Source of the DNA: an uncultured bacterium
Lineage (GTDB): Bacteria; Omnitrophota; Omnitrophia; Omnitrophales; Aquincolibacteriaceae
NCBI GenBank assembly: GCA_964445745.1
Contig: CAYULU010000003.1
Coordinates: 2,456-66,455 of the forward strand
Reading direction: 5' to 3'
Length of the DNA: 64,000 nt
In this document: piece after piece, positions 21,125 to 30,216 of the stretch
Numbering within the stretch: the first letter of the stretch is position 1
How the letters are laid out: every line of letters begins with the position of its first letter
Program-made: the position numbers and the translations under genes
The notes under the pieces: generated by a model
What the model was told of the DNA's origin: nothing
Seen by the model: only the letters and a program-made list of their open reading frames with translations
Databases searched by the model: none

Positions 21125-21155
21125 TTAACGAGGAAGACGTCTGAAACAGGTGGTG

Positions 21156-21183
21156 ATTATAACAAATCCCGCAGGGGTGTCTA
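21156..21183 (-). promoter_or_regulatory. Candidate promoter of eno
   Basis: Minus strand TAGACA-16 nt-(TGt)TATAAT, about 150 nt upstream of the eno ATG. Confidence 0.5.
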
Positions 21184-21194
21184 CAGTGAGAAAC

Positions 21195-21785
21195 TTAGCG
21201 GGCGCTAACTTTTCCTTCTAACACCAGGTTAAGCGCTTCCGGATAAACGTTGTACTCGGTTTCATGGACTCGAGTTTCAAGCGTTTCAAGTGTGTCGCCG
21301 GAAAGAACCGGTACTTTTTTCTGGAGGATCACCGGCCCGGTATCCACTCCCGTATCGACAAAATGGACCGTCACACCCGTTTCTTTGACCTTGGAGTTCC
21401 ACGCATCCCTGATGGCGTGGCCCCCGGGGAAATCCGGGAGAAATGCGGGGTGTATATTAATGAGACGGCCGTAATATTTTTGAACAAATCCTTCCGTCAG
21501 AATCCGCATAAAACCGCAGAGACAGACGAGATCAATCCTGTGCCGATCGAGACATTCAGACAAAGCTTCATCAAAAGATTCCCGGCTATTGTAATCCCCG
21601 TGAGGAATCACAACCGAAGGAACCCCAAACTCTAGAGCCCGAACCAGCGCTTTCACGTCTGGTTTGTTTGAAATCACAAGCACCGCTTCAGCCCCCCGGA
21701 TTTCTCCCTTTTTAATTCGTTGAATCAAATTGGCCATATTCGATCCGTTTCCCGAAACAAGAAAAGCCAATCTTTTCATATTCAT
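21195..21785 (-). CDS. purN: Phosphoribosylglycinamide formyltransferase
   Basis: 196-aa ORF with SGNGSNMANL, LINIHPAFLP and GVTVHFVD motifs. Confidence 0.9.
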   Translation of the reverse strand: MNMKRLAFLVSGNGSNMANLIQRIKKGEIRGAEAVLVISNKPDVKALVRALEFGVPSVVIPHGDYNSRESFDEALSECLDRHRIDLVCLCGFMRILTEGFVQKYYGRLINIHPAFLPDFPGGHAIRDAWNSKVKETGVTVHFVDTGVDTGPVILQKKVPVLSGDTLETLETRVHETEYNVYPEALNLVLEGKVSAR

Positions 21786-21818
21786 TCACCTTTTTAAAGA
21801 TTCATAAGACATCCGATG

Positions 21819-22511
21819 CTAGGACTCGGAAAGCACACGCTTGCGGTTTTTCCCTCCGACAAGAATGACCACTTCTCCTTTGCGAGGCCGACTCTCAACG
21901 TCCCGAACAAGTGCGGACAAACGTCCACGCAACCGTTCTTCAAATTTTTTAGTCATTTCGCGCGCAAGCACCGCCTCCCGATCTCCCAAAACTTCAAACA
22001 TATCCCGGAGCGCCGAAGGGAGCCGATACGGCGATTCAAAAAAGATAAGCGTCTCTTCCCGATCCGCAACTTCAGCAAGTCGTTTCTTTCGGCTAGCACT
22101 TTTATTCGGTAAAAAACCAAGGAACGAAAACTCATCCACCGCAAGCCCACTGACCACCAACGCCGTCACTACGGCTGAAGGTCCCGGCAAAACCTCAAAC
22201 GGCACACCTTCGCGAATTGCCTCTCGAACCAGGGTGAACCCGGGATCCGAAACCGACGGCATTCCACCATCCGTCACAACTGCCACGCGCTTTCCCTGCC
22301 GAACTTGCGCAAGGATTTCATGGACACGGATTTCAGGACTGTGCTCATGATAGCTGAGAAACTGCTTCTCCGGGATCTCATAATGCTTCAGAATTTTGAC
22401 CGTCTCACGCGTGTCTTCGCAGGCGACAAAATCCGCCGCCCTCAAAACCTCAAGGGCCCGAATCGTAATATCACCAAGGTTCCCGATGGGAGTCGCAACA
22501 AAACTCAACAT
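21819..22511 (-). CDS. rsmI: 16S rRNA (cytidine1402-2'-O)-methyltransferase
   Basis: 230-aa ORF with ATPIGNLGDIT.RA...L...D.VACEDTR, the RsmI tetrapyrrole-methylase-like N-terminus. Confidence 0.87.
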   Translation of the reverse strand: MLSFVATPIGNLGDITIRALEVLRAADFVACEDTRETVKILKHYEIPEKQFLSYHEHSPEIRVHEILAQVRQGKRVAVVTDGGMPSVSDPGFTLVREAIREGVPFEVLPGPSAVVTALVVSGLAVDEFSFLGFLPNKSASRKKRLAEVADREETLIFFESPYRLPSALRDMFEVLGDREAVLAREMTKKFEERLRGRLSALVRDVESRPRKGEVVILVGGKNRKRVLSES

Positions 22512-22554
22512 ATCAAAAGATCCGACATTTCGTAAGCACTTGAGTCTTCATCGC

Positions 22555-23562
22555 TTACCGTTCTCTTTGGATCACGTAATCTGCCAGTTCAAAAAGACTA
22601 TTTTTGAATTCGGATTCCGGGAATGGCGCTAACGCCTGTTTTGCCTGATGAATAAAATCCCGGGCTTTTTCCAACGAATAAGTCAGCGCTCCGCTTTTCC
22701 GGAGAAGCTCCTTCAACATGGGAAAACGCTTCGCGTGATTACGCGCATGCAGAATACGGACGACCTTGTCGCGATCTGAAGAAGCAAGACAGTGGATCAC
22801 AGGTAACGTATAGACCCCTTCTTCAAGATCCGCACCGAGTGTTTTCCCAAACTCACTTTCCCGACCCGTAAAATCCAGATAATCATCGATAATCTGGAAG
22901 GCCATCCCGAACGCATACCCGTACCTACCAAGGGCATCCACTCGCGTTTCATCCACTCCCCAGATAAGCGCCCCGGTTTGTAACGAGCAGGCAAGTAGGG
23001 AAGCAGTTTTTTTTCCCAAAATTTCAAAGTGGGTTGATTCGCTCAAATTAATATTATTCTTTTCACTCAACTCCTGAACTTCCCCCTCACAAATCTCGCT
23101 GGCCGTTTTCAAAAAAAGCGGAATGATTCGTTCGTTCCCGTAGCGAAAGATCGTAACAATGGCCTTGTCATGGAAAAAATCACCGGCCAAAACTGCCATC
23201 TGAGGCCCCCACTTCACATGGAGCGATGGTAGCCCTCTCCGAATCGGGGCGGAATCAATAATGTCATCGTGGATCAGCGTGGCAGCATGAAAAATCTCGG
23301 TCGCGGCAGCAAGATGGACCTCCGAGGTCTCCTGACGTTCAGAAACCACTTCGGCTACCGGCGCCAAAGAACGGGCCATTCCTCCGCCTAAAAATACCAG
23401 CGCCGGGCGGAGCAATTTTCCGTGCTTGGAAAAAAAATACTGCACCACGTCTTCAATTTGCCGGCTCGGAGTACGGAGCGTTTCTTTGATCACCGCAGGA
23501 ACCCGCTGAAGCCCCGCCGTGATCGGCGCATAAGTTGTTTCCAGGGTCAAGGTGGTTTTCAT
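22555..23562 (-). CDS. Long-chain trans-polyprenyl diphosphate synthase (IspB-like)
   Basis: 335-aa ORF with both Asp-rich motifs (LIHDDIIDSAPIRRG and FQIIDDYLD). Confidence 0.85.
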   Translation of the reverse strand: MKTTLTLETTYAPITAGLQRVPAVIKETLRTPSRQIEDVVQYFFSKHGKLLRPALVFLGGGMARSLAPVAEVVSERQETSEVHLAAATEIFHAATLIHDDIIDSAPIRRGLPSLHVKWGPQMAVLAGDFFHDKAIVTIFRYGNERIIPLFLKTASEICEGEVQELSEKNNINLSESTHFEILGKKTASLLACSLQTGALIWGVDETRVDALGRYGYAFGMAFQIIDDYLDFTGRESEFGKTLGADLEEGVYTLPVIHCLASSDRDKVVRILHARNHAKRFPMLKELLRKSGALTYSLEKARDFIHQAKQALAPFPESEFKNSLFELADYVIQRER

Positions 23563-23602
23563 AGTCCGGGTATTATAACGGAAAAAGGAAATCTATCCCC
23601 TG

Positions 23603-24481
23603 CTATTTCAAGGCCTCGGCCAGCTTTCTGAACTGCCCTGTGGCAAGTTCTTCTCCCCGCGCATTCAAAGCAAAACCGAGCTGGGCAAAAACCGATTCAA
23701 GTTCCGCTCGATTTTTTTTCGGTTTCCAATACTTCAGAAGAAGTACTAAAAGGGTTTTCCGCCGCTCGCTAAAAGCAATCCGGATTATTTCAGGTAAAGA
23801 TTCATCCTCCGTCAAGCCTTCGTCCGGGGCAAATATGTATCGAATCACCCTCGATGTAACCTCGGGTGCGGGAAGAAAACATTTCGGGGAGACATCAAAT
23901 AGAGTCTCAGTGCTTCCAAAAATCGAGGCAGAAACACTCAGGCGGCCGTAATCCGGGGTTCTGGGCCTTGCCGTCATCCTCGCTGCCACTTCTTTCTGGA
24001 GCATCAGAACGGCAGAATGAAAACAGACTCGATGTGCAATCAAATGGAAAAGGATGGGGGTTGAGATGTAATAGGGAAGGTTGCTGACCACTTTTAACCC
24101 GGGCTTCGCTGACAGCATCCTTTCCCTGAACCCGCGGGGAGCCTCGGGCTCCAACTCCCTGATCATCTCGGACAAATCACACTCGAGAATATCCCGGTTA
24201 ATAATCAACAGTTGTCCAGGAAATGCTGGAACAATTTCATTTTGAAGAATTTCAACAAACCTTGTGTCTTTTTCTATCGCCAATACCGGATGCCCACGTG
24301 ACAATAATTCGACAGTCAAGGAACCCAACCCTGGCCCAATTTCAAGAACCGGTTCTGCTTTGTCAAGCCCAAGACCATCCACAATCTTCCGCACCATATT
24401 CGGGTCCATCAAGAGATGCTGGCCGAGATGCCCGCGAACCCGAATATGATATTTTTTAAGAAGTTCCACCTGACTTAGCAT
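23603..24481 (-). CDS. rsmA: 16S rRNA (adenine1518/1519-N6)-dimethyltransferase
   Basis: GQHLL.D..., LEIGPGLGSLT, VSNLPYYISTPI. The ORF-track start at 24664 overlaps pdxA; ATG at 24481 (MLSQVELLKKY) follows GGGAG. Confidence 0.88.
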   Translation of the reverse strand: MLSQVELLKKYHIRVRGHLGQHLLMDPNMVRKIVDGLGLDKAEPVLEIGPGLGSLTVELLSRGHPVLAIEKDTRFVEILQNEIVPAFPGQLLIINRDILECDLSEMIRELEPEAPRGFRERMLSAKPGLKVVSNLPYYISTPILFHLIAHRVCFHSAVLMLQKEVAARMTARPRTPDYGRLSVSASIFGSTETLFDVSPKCFLPAPEVTSRVIRYIFAPDEGLTEDESLPEIIRIAFSERRKTLLVLLLKYWKPKKNRAELESVFAQLGFALNARGEELATGQFRKLAEALK

Positions 24482-24530
24482 CGGGAGGCCTTCTCCCACC
24501 GGGTCATTTGACAATAGCGAATCATGACCA

Positions 24531-25550
24531 TCAGCTTCTATTGAGAACCAGGGTTTCAGCAAGTCTGAGTGCAGCCACCATTGAGGAAGGGTCCGCTTTC
24601 CCTTGGTATGCAATATCATAAGCCGTTCCGTGATCCGGAGAAGTTCGAACATAGGGAAGACCAAGGGTCATATTCACACCGTCATGAAAATGGACCATTT
24701 TGAAAGGCCCTAACGCCTGGTCATGGTACATGGCAATCAGAGCATCAAACGCACCGCACCGAGCAGAATAAAAAATCTGATCGGCAGGGTAGGGCCCCGA
24801 CACAAGCATTCCTTTTCTTTGGGCACGCCTAATTGCGGGGCTAATAATAGTAGCCTCTTCCCCACCGCCACATTCTTTCCCGTGTGGATTAAAGGCACAA
24901 ACCGCAATTTTAGGATTTTTTATTTTAAAATCCTTTTTAAGCGCACCCGCCGTCAAAATAATTTTTTCGAAAATAAGCTCCGATGAAAGGAGACGGCTCA
25001 CTCTTTTAAGCGGAACATGAATAGTCACAAGAGTCAATTTCAGGCTAGGACCGACGAACATCATCGCATAATGTTTTGCGGCGGTCGCTTGAGCAAAAAA
25101 TTCCGTGTGTCCGATAAATCCTTTTTGGGCTAATCGGGCAGAGGCCTTGTTGATCGGGGCAGTCACAATCGCCCGGAAGACCCCTTCCTTCGCAAGGTCA
25201 GAGGCAATTGAAATGGCGCGGATTGCCATTTGACCATTGGCGACGGTTTCCTGTGATCTATCAAATTTCGCATCCCCAATATCCCAAAAATAAACCCTCC
25301 CCTTTTGTAAAACATGACCATCGGAAGGAAATCTTTTGAAGGAAAAATCAAGGCCCGTTTTTTTGTTGAGAAAGGAAAAAACTGCTTGGGAGCCAATCAC
25401 TACATACCGGCATCGGGGGTTACGCTTGAGCCGATTCAGACACTTCACAACCACTTCCGGACCAATCCCGCCCGGATCCCCCATCGTAATGGCAATAACC
25501 GGTGCTCGAACCGTAGTCGCCGGATGACGCAAAAGCTGATTTTTCGTCAT
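24531..25550 (-). CDS. pdxA: 4-hydroxythreonine-4-phosphate dehydrogenase
   Basis: ITMGDPGGIGPEV, GHTEFFA, SPDHGTAYDIA. The second ATG (25550) has an ideal SD (GAAGGAGGG, 6-nt spacing); the first ATG is at 25574. Confidence 0.88.
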   Translation of the reverse strand: MTKNQLLRHPATTVRAPVIAITMGDPGGIGPEVVVKCLNRLKRNPRCRYVVIGSQAVFSFLNKKTGLDFSFKRFPSDGHVLQKGRVYFWDIGDAKFDRSQETVANGQMAIRAISIASDLAKEGVFRAIVTAPINKASARLAQKGFIGHTEFFAQATAAKHYAMMFVGPSLKLTLVTIHVPLKRVSRLLSSELIFEKIILTAGALKKDFKIKNPKIAVCAFNPHGKECGGGEEATIISPAIRRAQRKGMLVSGPYPADQIFYSARCGAFDALIAMYHDQALGPFKMVHFHDGVNMTLGLPYVRTSPDHGTAYDIAYQGKADPSSMVAALRLAETLVLNRS

Positions 25551-25580
25551 CCCCGTCCCTCCTTCATCCGTCATCCGGTT

Positions 25581-26549
25581 TCAGCGTATTGAGATATAGG
25601 CCGCTCGCTTCAACTGTTCCGTCCATTCTTTGAAGCGCTCATTACTTTTGGCCTGAAAAAGATACCCGGAAATCTGTTCCCTCGATTCCCCAAATGTCAC
25701 TTGGCGGGCGTCTTCCTTTTCTTCAACGCGAAAAATGTGAAATCCAATGGGGGATTCGACAATACCTGTCAACTGCCCCTGAGGAGTGGAAAAAATCGCT
25801 TCATCCACCGATTCGATCATCGAACCTTTCTCGATCCAGTCCGCCGGTTTTTCTTCCCGGGCTCTAGAATCCTCAGAATATTCCCTGACCAAATCGTCAA
25901 AATTTTCTCCTTGTTTTATCTTTAAATAAAATGATTTAATTTTGTCTTTGGCCGGCTCATCCATCGTCCCTTGTTCCCGAGATGCGGCGCTTTTCTTGAC
26001 CGTAAGAGACTTGATCTTAACGCGAGCAATCCGCTGAAACTTTTCAGGATTTTCTTTATAAAAGCTTTCAATCTCTGCGGGCGAAACCACAACACGGGAA
26101 CGAATTTGAATATCCTGAAGCCTCCGGATCATCAGCTGCTTTTTAACTTTCTCCCGGAGGACTTTCATCGTCATCCCCTCCCTCTCCAGCATGCTATTAA
26201 TTTCATCGTACCCTTCCATCCTCTTGCCAAGGTCTTCCAGTTCGCGATCAATCTCATCTTCCGTAATCACAATCTTCTGTGCCACCGCTTCCTGGTAAAC
26301 GAGACGGTCTTCAATCAGTTGATTTAAAATCTTCTGACGCGCCTCTTTTACAAAATTGACAAGCTCCTCCCCGCTGTATTGTTCTTTATAATCTTCGTAA
26401 AGAGGCCGCAAAATCGAGTCCAGTTCGGATTGGGTAATAATCTCGTCATTCACCACCGCAATCACCCGATCAAGAAGCTCTTCCTGGGCATCACCCAACG
26501 GAATCCCGAGGGAAGCAAACAAACATAGGATCAACAGAAACTTTTTCAT
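25581..26549 (-). CDS. surA: Periplasmic chaperone / peptidyl-prolyl isomerase, SurA-like (single parvulin domain)
   Basis: Signal peptide MKKFLLILCLFASLG, SurA-N-like DRVIAVVNDEIITQSELD, and parvulin block SPIGFHIFRVEE. Conserved surA-pdxA-rsmA order as in E. coli. Confidence 0.7.
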   Translation of the reverse strand: MKKFLLILCLFASLGIPLGDAQEELLDRVIAVVNDEIITQSELDSILRPLYEDYKEQYSGEELVNFVKEARQKILNQLIEDRLVYQEAVAQKIVITEDEIDRELEDLGKRMEGYDEINSMLEREGMTMKVLREKVKKQLMIRRLQDIQIRSRVVVSPAEIESFYKENPEKFQRIARVKIKSLTVKKSAASREQGTMDEPAKDKIKSFYLKIKQGENFDDLVREYSEDSRAREEKPADWIEKGSMIESVDEAIFSTPQGQLTGIVESPIGFHIFRVEEKEDARQVTFGESREQISGYLFQAKSNERFKEWTEQLKRAAYISIR

Positions 26550-26623
26550 AGTGTGCTCATTATACAATAGTTCAGGGGCCGTTCCTAGTAAGCGCGAAAT
26601 TCATTTTTAAAGTTGCTTTTCAC

Positions 26624-28540
26624 TTAAGAAGGCTGAGGTTCTGGTGCTGAGTTGCCGGATCTATGTTCTTCCACCACCTTTTTAAGCATTCTGCAGTAAA
26701 GGTCGAACCCAACGGCATGGATAAATCCGCTTTGTTCATGCCCGAGTAAATTCCCGGCGCCCCGTATTTCAAGATCCTCCATGGCGATTTTAAATCCCGA
26801 GCCAAGCTCAATAAATCGCTCTATCGCGGCAAGTCGTTTTTCCGCATCTAGTGTCATCGCCCAGCCACGGGGGGTCAGGAAATAAGCATAGGCCTGTCGC
26901 ATTTCCTTGAATCGTCCTACCCTGCCGCGAAGCTGGTATAAATCTGCCAGCCCAAAGCAGTCCGCACGATTGACGATCAAAGTATTCGCATTGGGAATAT
27001 CAATCCCGGACTCGATGATGTTGGTCGAAATTAAACAGTGGATCGATCCTTTCATAAATTGTTTCATCACTTTTTCCAGCATTTCAACCGGCATCTGCCC
27101 ATGGGCAACCCCAAATCGAACGTTCGGCAAAATTTTCCCGAGTTTTTCGTGCAATTTTTCGATGTTGTCAACACGATTATGTACAAAATAAACCTGTCCC
27201 CCCCGCTCCACTTCCCGTTCAATCGCCTGCCGAATCACCAAATCGTGAGACTCCATGACAAACGTCTTGATGGGAAGCCTGTTCCGGGGAGGGGTATCGA
27301 TGACCGACATATCACGAACACCGAGAAGCGCCATGTGAAGCGTCCTCGGGATAGGGGTTGCGGTAAGCGTCAGCACATCAATTTGCGAACGCATTTTTTT
27401 AAGAGCTTCCTTGTGGCGAACTCCGAATCTCTGTTCTTCATCAATCACCACGAGCCCAAGTTCTTTGAAGTCAATGTCCCTAGACAAAAGCCGGTGGGTG
27501 CCAATCACAATATCAGTCGCACCCGTTTTAAGAGAGCGAACCACAGCCTTCTGCTCCGCAGGGCTTTGAAACCTCGAAAGAAGCTCTACGGTCACGGGAA
27601 ATGTTTTAACCCGATTTTTAAGCAGAATGTAGTGTTGTTCCGCAAGAATAGTGGTCGGGACAAGAAACGCAACCTGCTTTCCGCCCGTAACTGCCTTAAA
27701 CGCAGCGCGAATCGCGACCTCAGTTTTTCCGTATCCCACATCCCCACAAAGAAGCCGGTCCATCGGCCTTGAGGATTCCATATCACGTTTCACCTCCTCG
27801 ATGGCCCGCTTCTGGCCCTCGGTCTCATCAAACGGGAATTCATCCTCAAAGGTGTTTTGCCAGTCATGATCCCTGGGAAACGCGAAGCCTTGTTGCACGC
27901 TCCGGCACGCCTGAAGCTCGAGAAGTTCGCCCGCAACCTTGTGGAGTGCATTGCGAGTACGCTGTTTGATCCGCTCCCATTCTTTGGTGTTCAGCCGGGT
28001 GAGTTTAGGAGCCGCCGAGGACCCGCCAATATAGCGCTCGATCGGTTCTTTCATGGAAAGATAAAGGATCTCGCCCTCAGCGTACTCAATCGCAAAACAT
28101 CGTTCTTTTTTTCCTTCCAGTCGGATCATTTTGCTTCCGAGAAATCTTCCGATCCCGTAATGGAAGTGCACGACAAAATCACCTCGCTGAAGCTCGCCCG
28201 TTCCGGTGACAGGCTCAAAAGCTCCAAACCTTTCCTCCAGTCTCCGCACCTTCCGCCCGTAGTGTCCCGACAATGGGATCAGAAAAACTTCCTCAAAAAG
28301 GGTAAAACTTTTACCTTCTGATGGAGAAAAGTCACGGATTTGGTGGAGGGTATTTCCTCGGAAGTCAAGGCGCACAGGCATCCGGTAAGTCACCGGATAA
28401 ACATCAACCGTTCCTCCCCGGATAGAATATTCTCCCGGAAGTTCCACAAGACTTTTGCGGACATAGTGAAGCTCCTGGAGGGTTGATTCCAGATCCTCAA
28501 ATCGGATCGTTTCGCCTGTCTTAAAATGTTTAATGTTCAT
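26624..28540 (-). CDS. mfd: Transcription-repair coupling factor Mfd, short form (638 aa)
   Basis: CarD/TRCF RNAP-interaction block GDFVVHFHYGIGRFLG. SF2 motifs GDVGYGKTEVA, DEEQRFG, TATPIPRTL and QLRGRVGR. TRG-region GAGNLLGHEQSGF. The ORF ends about 25 aa later and starts inside the UvrB-homology module. Confidence 0.85.
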   Translation of the reverse strand: MNIKHFKTGETIRFEDLESTLQELHYVRKSLVELPGEYSIRGGTVDVYPVTYRMPVRLDFRGNTLHQIRDFSPSEGKSFTLFEEVFLIPLSGHYGRKVRRLEERFGAFEPVTGTGELQRGDFVVHFHYGIGRFLGSKMIRLEGKKERCFAIEYAEGEILYLSMKEPIERYIGGSSAAPKLTRLNTKEWERIKQRTRNALHKVAGELLELQACRSVQQGFAFPRDHDWQNTFEDEFPFDETEGQKRAIEEVKRDMESSRPMDRLLCGDVGYGKTEVAIRAAFKAVTGGKQVAFLVPTTILAEQHYILLKNRVKTFPVTVELLSRFQSPAEQKAVVRSLKTGATDIVIGTHRLLSRDIDFKELGLVVIDEEQRFGVRHKEALKKMRSQIDVLTLTATPIPRTLHMALLGVRDMSVIDTPPRNRLPIKTFVMESHDLVIRQAIEREVERGGQVYFVHNRVDNIEKLHEKLGKILPNVRFGVAHGQMPVEMLEKVMKQFMKGSIHCLISTNIIESGIDIPNANTLIVNRADCFGLADLYQLRGRVGRFKEMRQAYAYFLTPRGWAMTLDAEKRLAAIERFIELGSGFKIAMEDLEIRGAGNLLGHEQSGFIHAVGFDLYCRMLKKVVEEHRSGNSAPEPQPS

Positions 28541-28772
28541 TTTTTAATGTGGACACGTTTTTTAAAAACCGTTACTCCTGATGCAATCCCGTCAAAAAAG
28601 GCCACTTTTTCCATTGATATCTTTCGGCAAAATCTCAAGGCGACCTGATTGGACCTGATATTCACTTTTGATTCACATAAAGCAACGCTGATGAATCGCG
28701 CCTTGCGCCAGAGGATGCGGTTTTCTCATAAGCAGGATTATAGAACAGCTCCCAGAGAGCGGCACATGTTTT

Positions 28773-28800
28773 TCAGTTTTCTGTCAGTTTTCAGCTGTCA
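28773..28800. repeat. Phased short direct repeats in the aminotransferase-mfd gap
   Basis: TCAGTTTTC at 28773 and 28784 (11-nt phase). CTGTCA at 28781 and 28795. Central CAGCTG palindrome. Confidence 0.75.
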
Positions 28801-28905
28801 CAAAAGTCGCAACTGCATGGGGCATTTTATGGTAAATCAATTTTTCGGGGGAAATTTAAAAAATATGCGCTGGCAGGCAAATCGGCCAAACAACAATTCA
28901 AGCAG

Positions 28906-28972
28906 AACCACTCTTTTTGCTCCGTTTTTCGGCCACGGATCAACTCACTCAGTTCTAAAAAACCACTCTTTT
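28906..28972. repeat. 12-nt direct repeat AACCACTCTTTT x2, starts 55 nt apart
   Basis: Copies at 28906..28917 and 28961..28972, flanking a CCGT-N9-ACGG hairpin. Confidence 0.75.
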
Positions 28973-28983
28973 AGAAATGAGGC

Positions 28984-30156
28984 TTAACCTTTTTGCTTAA
29001 AATAGTTAGCCATGCGCTCTACGGCGGAATAAATCTCTTTCTCAGAAGTGGCATAACTTAAGCGGATGTGCTCGGCACTACCAAAAGGTTCTCCGGGAAT
29101 CACGGCAACATGAGCTTCTTCAAGAAGCCGCTTGGAAACTTCAAACGCAGAAAGACCTGTTTTTTTAATATTCACAAAAAGGTAGAAGGCCCCGCCGGGT
29201 TTTGTCGTCGTAAAACAGTCGATTTTTTCTAAGAGCGACAGGAAAAGGTCACGTCGTTTTTCAAACACCGCTTTCATCTTCCTGGCCTCCGCTTCACCGT
29301 GATCGAGCGCCGCCACACCGCCTGCCTGGGTGAAAGAAACGGGGTTCGAAGTCGAATGACTTTGGATACTTTCTACTGCTTTGGCAAGAGCTTTGTCTGG
29401 GCAAGCCGCATAGCCCAGCCGCCACCCCGTCATGGCATAGGCCTTGCTATGGCCGTTGACGACGATTGTACGCTTTGCGATCTCAGAATCAAGTTGCGCG
29501 ATCGACCAGTGCTTCTGTCCATCAAAAATAAGTTTTTCATAAATCTCATCACTTAAAATCAGAAGTTGGGGATACTTTTTTATCACCTGGATAAGCGCCA
29601 GCAACTCCTCTTTGGAATAAACAGCCCCCGTAGGATTAGACGGCGAATTAAGGATCAGCACCTTTGATTTCGGCGTCATGGCCTTTTCAAGCATGGACGG
29701 AGTAATCTTAAATCCCGTCGATTCGCAGGTCGGTAAAAAAACACTGACACCGCCGATCACGGTCACCATCTCCGGATAACTGAGCCAGTACGGAGAAGGG
29801 ATTAACACTTCATCCTCCGGGTTCAAAAGGGCAAAAAGGACATTAAAAATCGCATGCTTCGCACCCGTCCCCACCACAATCTGATCGGGCGAAAAATCCA
29901 GCCCTTGGTCGCGTTTCAGCTTCCGGCATATGGATTGGCGAAGCTCGAGAGTTCCGGAAACAGGGGTATACTTGGTCTGCCCTTTCCTGAGGGCATCCAC
30001 AGCAGAGTCTTTAATAAAATCGGGCGTGTCAAAATCAGGTTCTCCCGCTGACAACGAAATCACATCGATCCCTTGAGATTTCATTTCTTTGGCTTTCGCC
30101 GCAATCGCAAGCGTGGCCGAGGGTTTCACTGCCAAGATTTTTGTCGAAAGTTCCAT
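28984..30156 (-). CDS. Aspartate/aromatic aminotransferase (class I PLP enzyme)
   Basis: 390-aa ORF with SAGEPDFDTP, NSPSNPTG and SKAYAMTGWRLGY (PLP-lysine context). Confidence 0.85.
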   Translation of the reverse strand: MELSTKILAVKPSATLAIAAKAKEMKSQGIDVISLSAGEPDFDTPDFIKDSAVDALRKGQTKYTPVSGTLELRQSICRKLKRDQGLDFSPDQIVVGTGAKHAIFNVLFALLNPEDEVLIPSPYWLSYPEMVTVIGGVSVFLPTCESTGFKITPSMLEKAMTPKSKVLILNSPSNPTGAVYSKEELLALIQVIKKYPQLLILSDEIYEKLIFDGQKHWSIAQLDSEIAKRTIVVNGHSKAYAMTGWRLGYAACPDKALAKAVESIQSHSTSNPVSFTQAGGVAALDHGEAEARKMKAVFEKRRDLFLSLLEKIDCFTTTKPGGAFYLFVNIKKTGLSAFEVSKRLLEEAHVAVIPGEPFGSAEHIRLSYATSEKEIYSAVERMANYFKQKG

Positions 30157-30216
30157 CGGGCTCCCCCTGTATTATTATAAAACGTGAATGAGGACTTATT
30201 TCCGGCCGGATAGCAC

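Noticed and set aside
28541-28983. Searched the three large gaps (28541-28983, 62222-62602, 63344-63694) by eye for RNase P RNA, tmRNA, SRP RNA or extra tRNA signatures (GAGGAAAGTCC, GGTTCGAATCC-type T-arms with an acceptor, GGAAGCAGC)
   Set aside because: None of the diagnostic motifs is present on either strand. This is only a visual motif check, and 6S-like or novel sRNAs cannot be excluded.
28649-28987. 112-codon plus-strand ORF filling most of the aminotransferase-mfd gap
   Set aside because: It has a TTG start without an SD, F/H/R/N/S-rich composition and no recognisable motif. It would be the only plus-strand gene in 63 kb. It is kept only as a note inside the gap finding, not called as a gene.
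30199-30212. Shared 12-mer GGCCGGAAATAA downstream of both rplQ (about 30199-30210) and rpsG (about 48655-48666)
   Set aside because: Exact 12-mers are expected to recur by chance many times in 64 kb on two strands. The flanks do not match.
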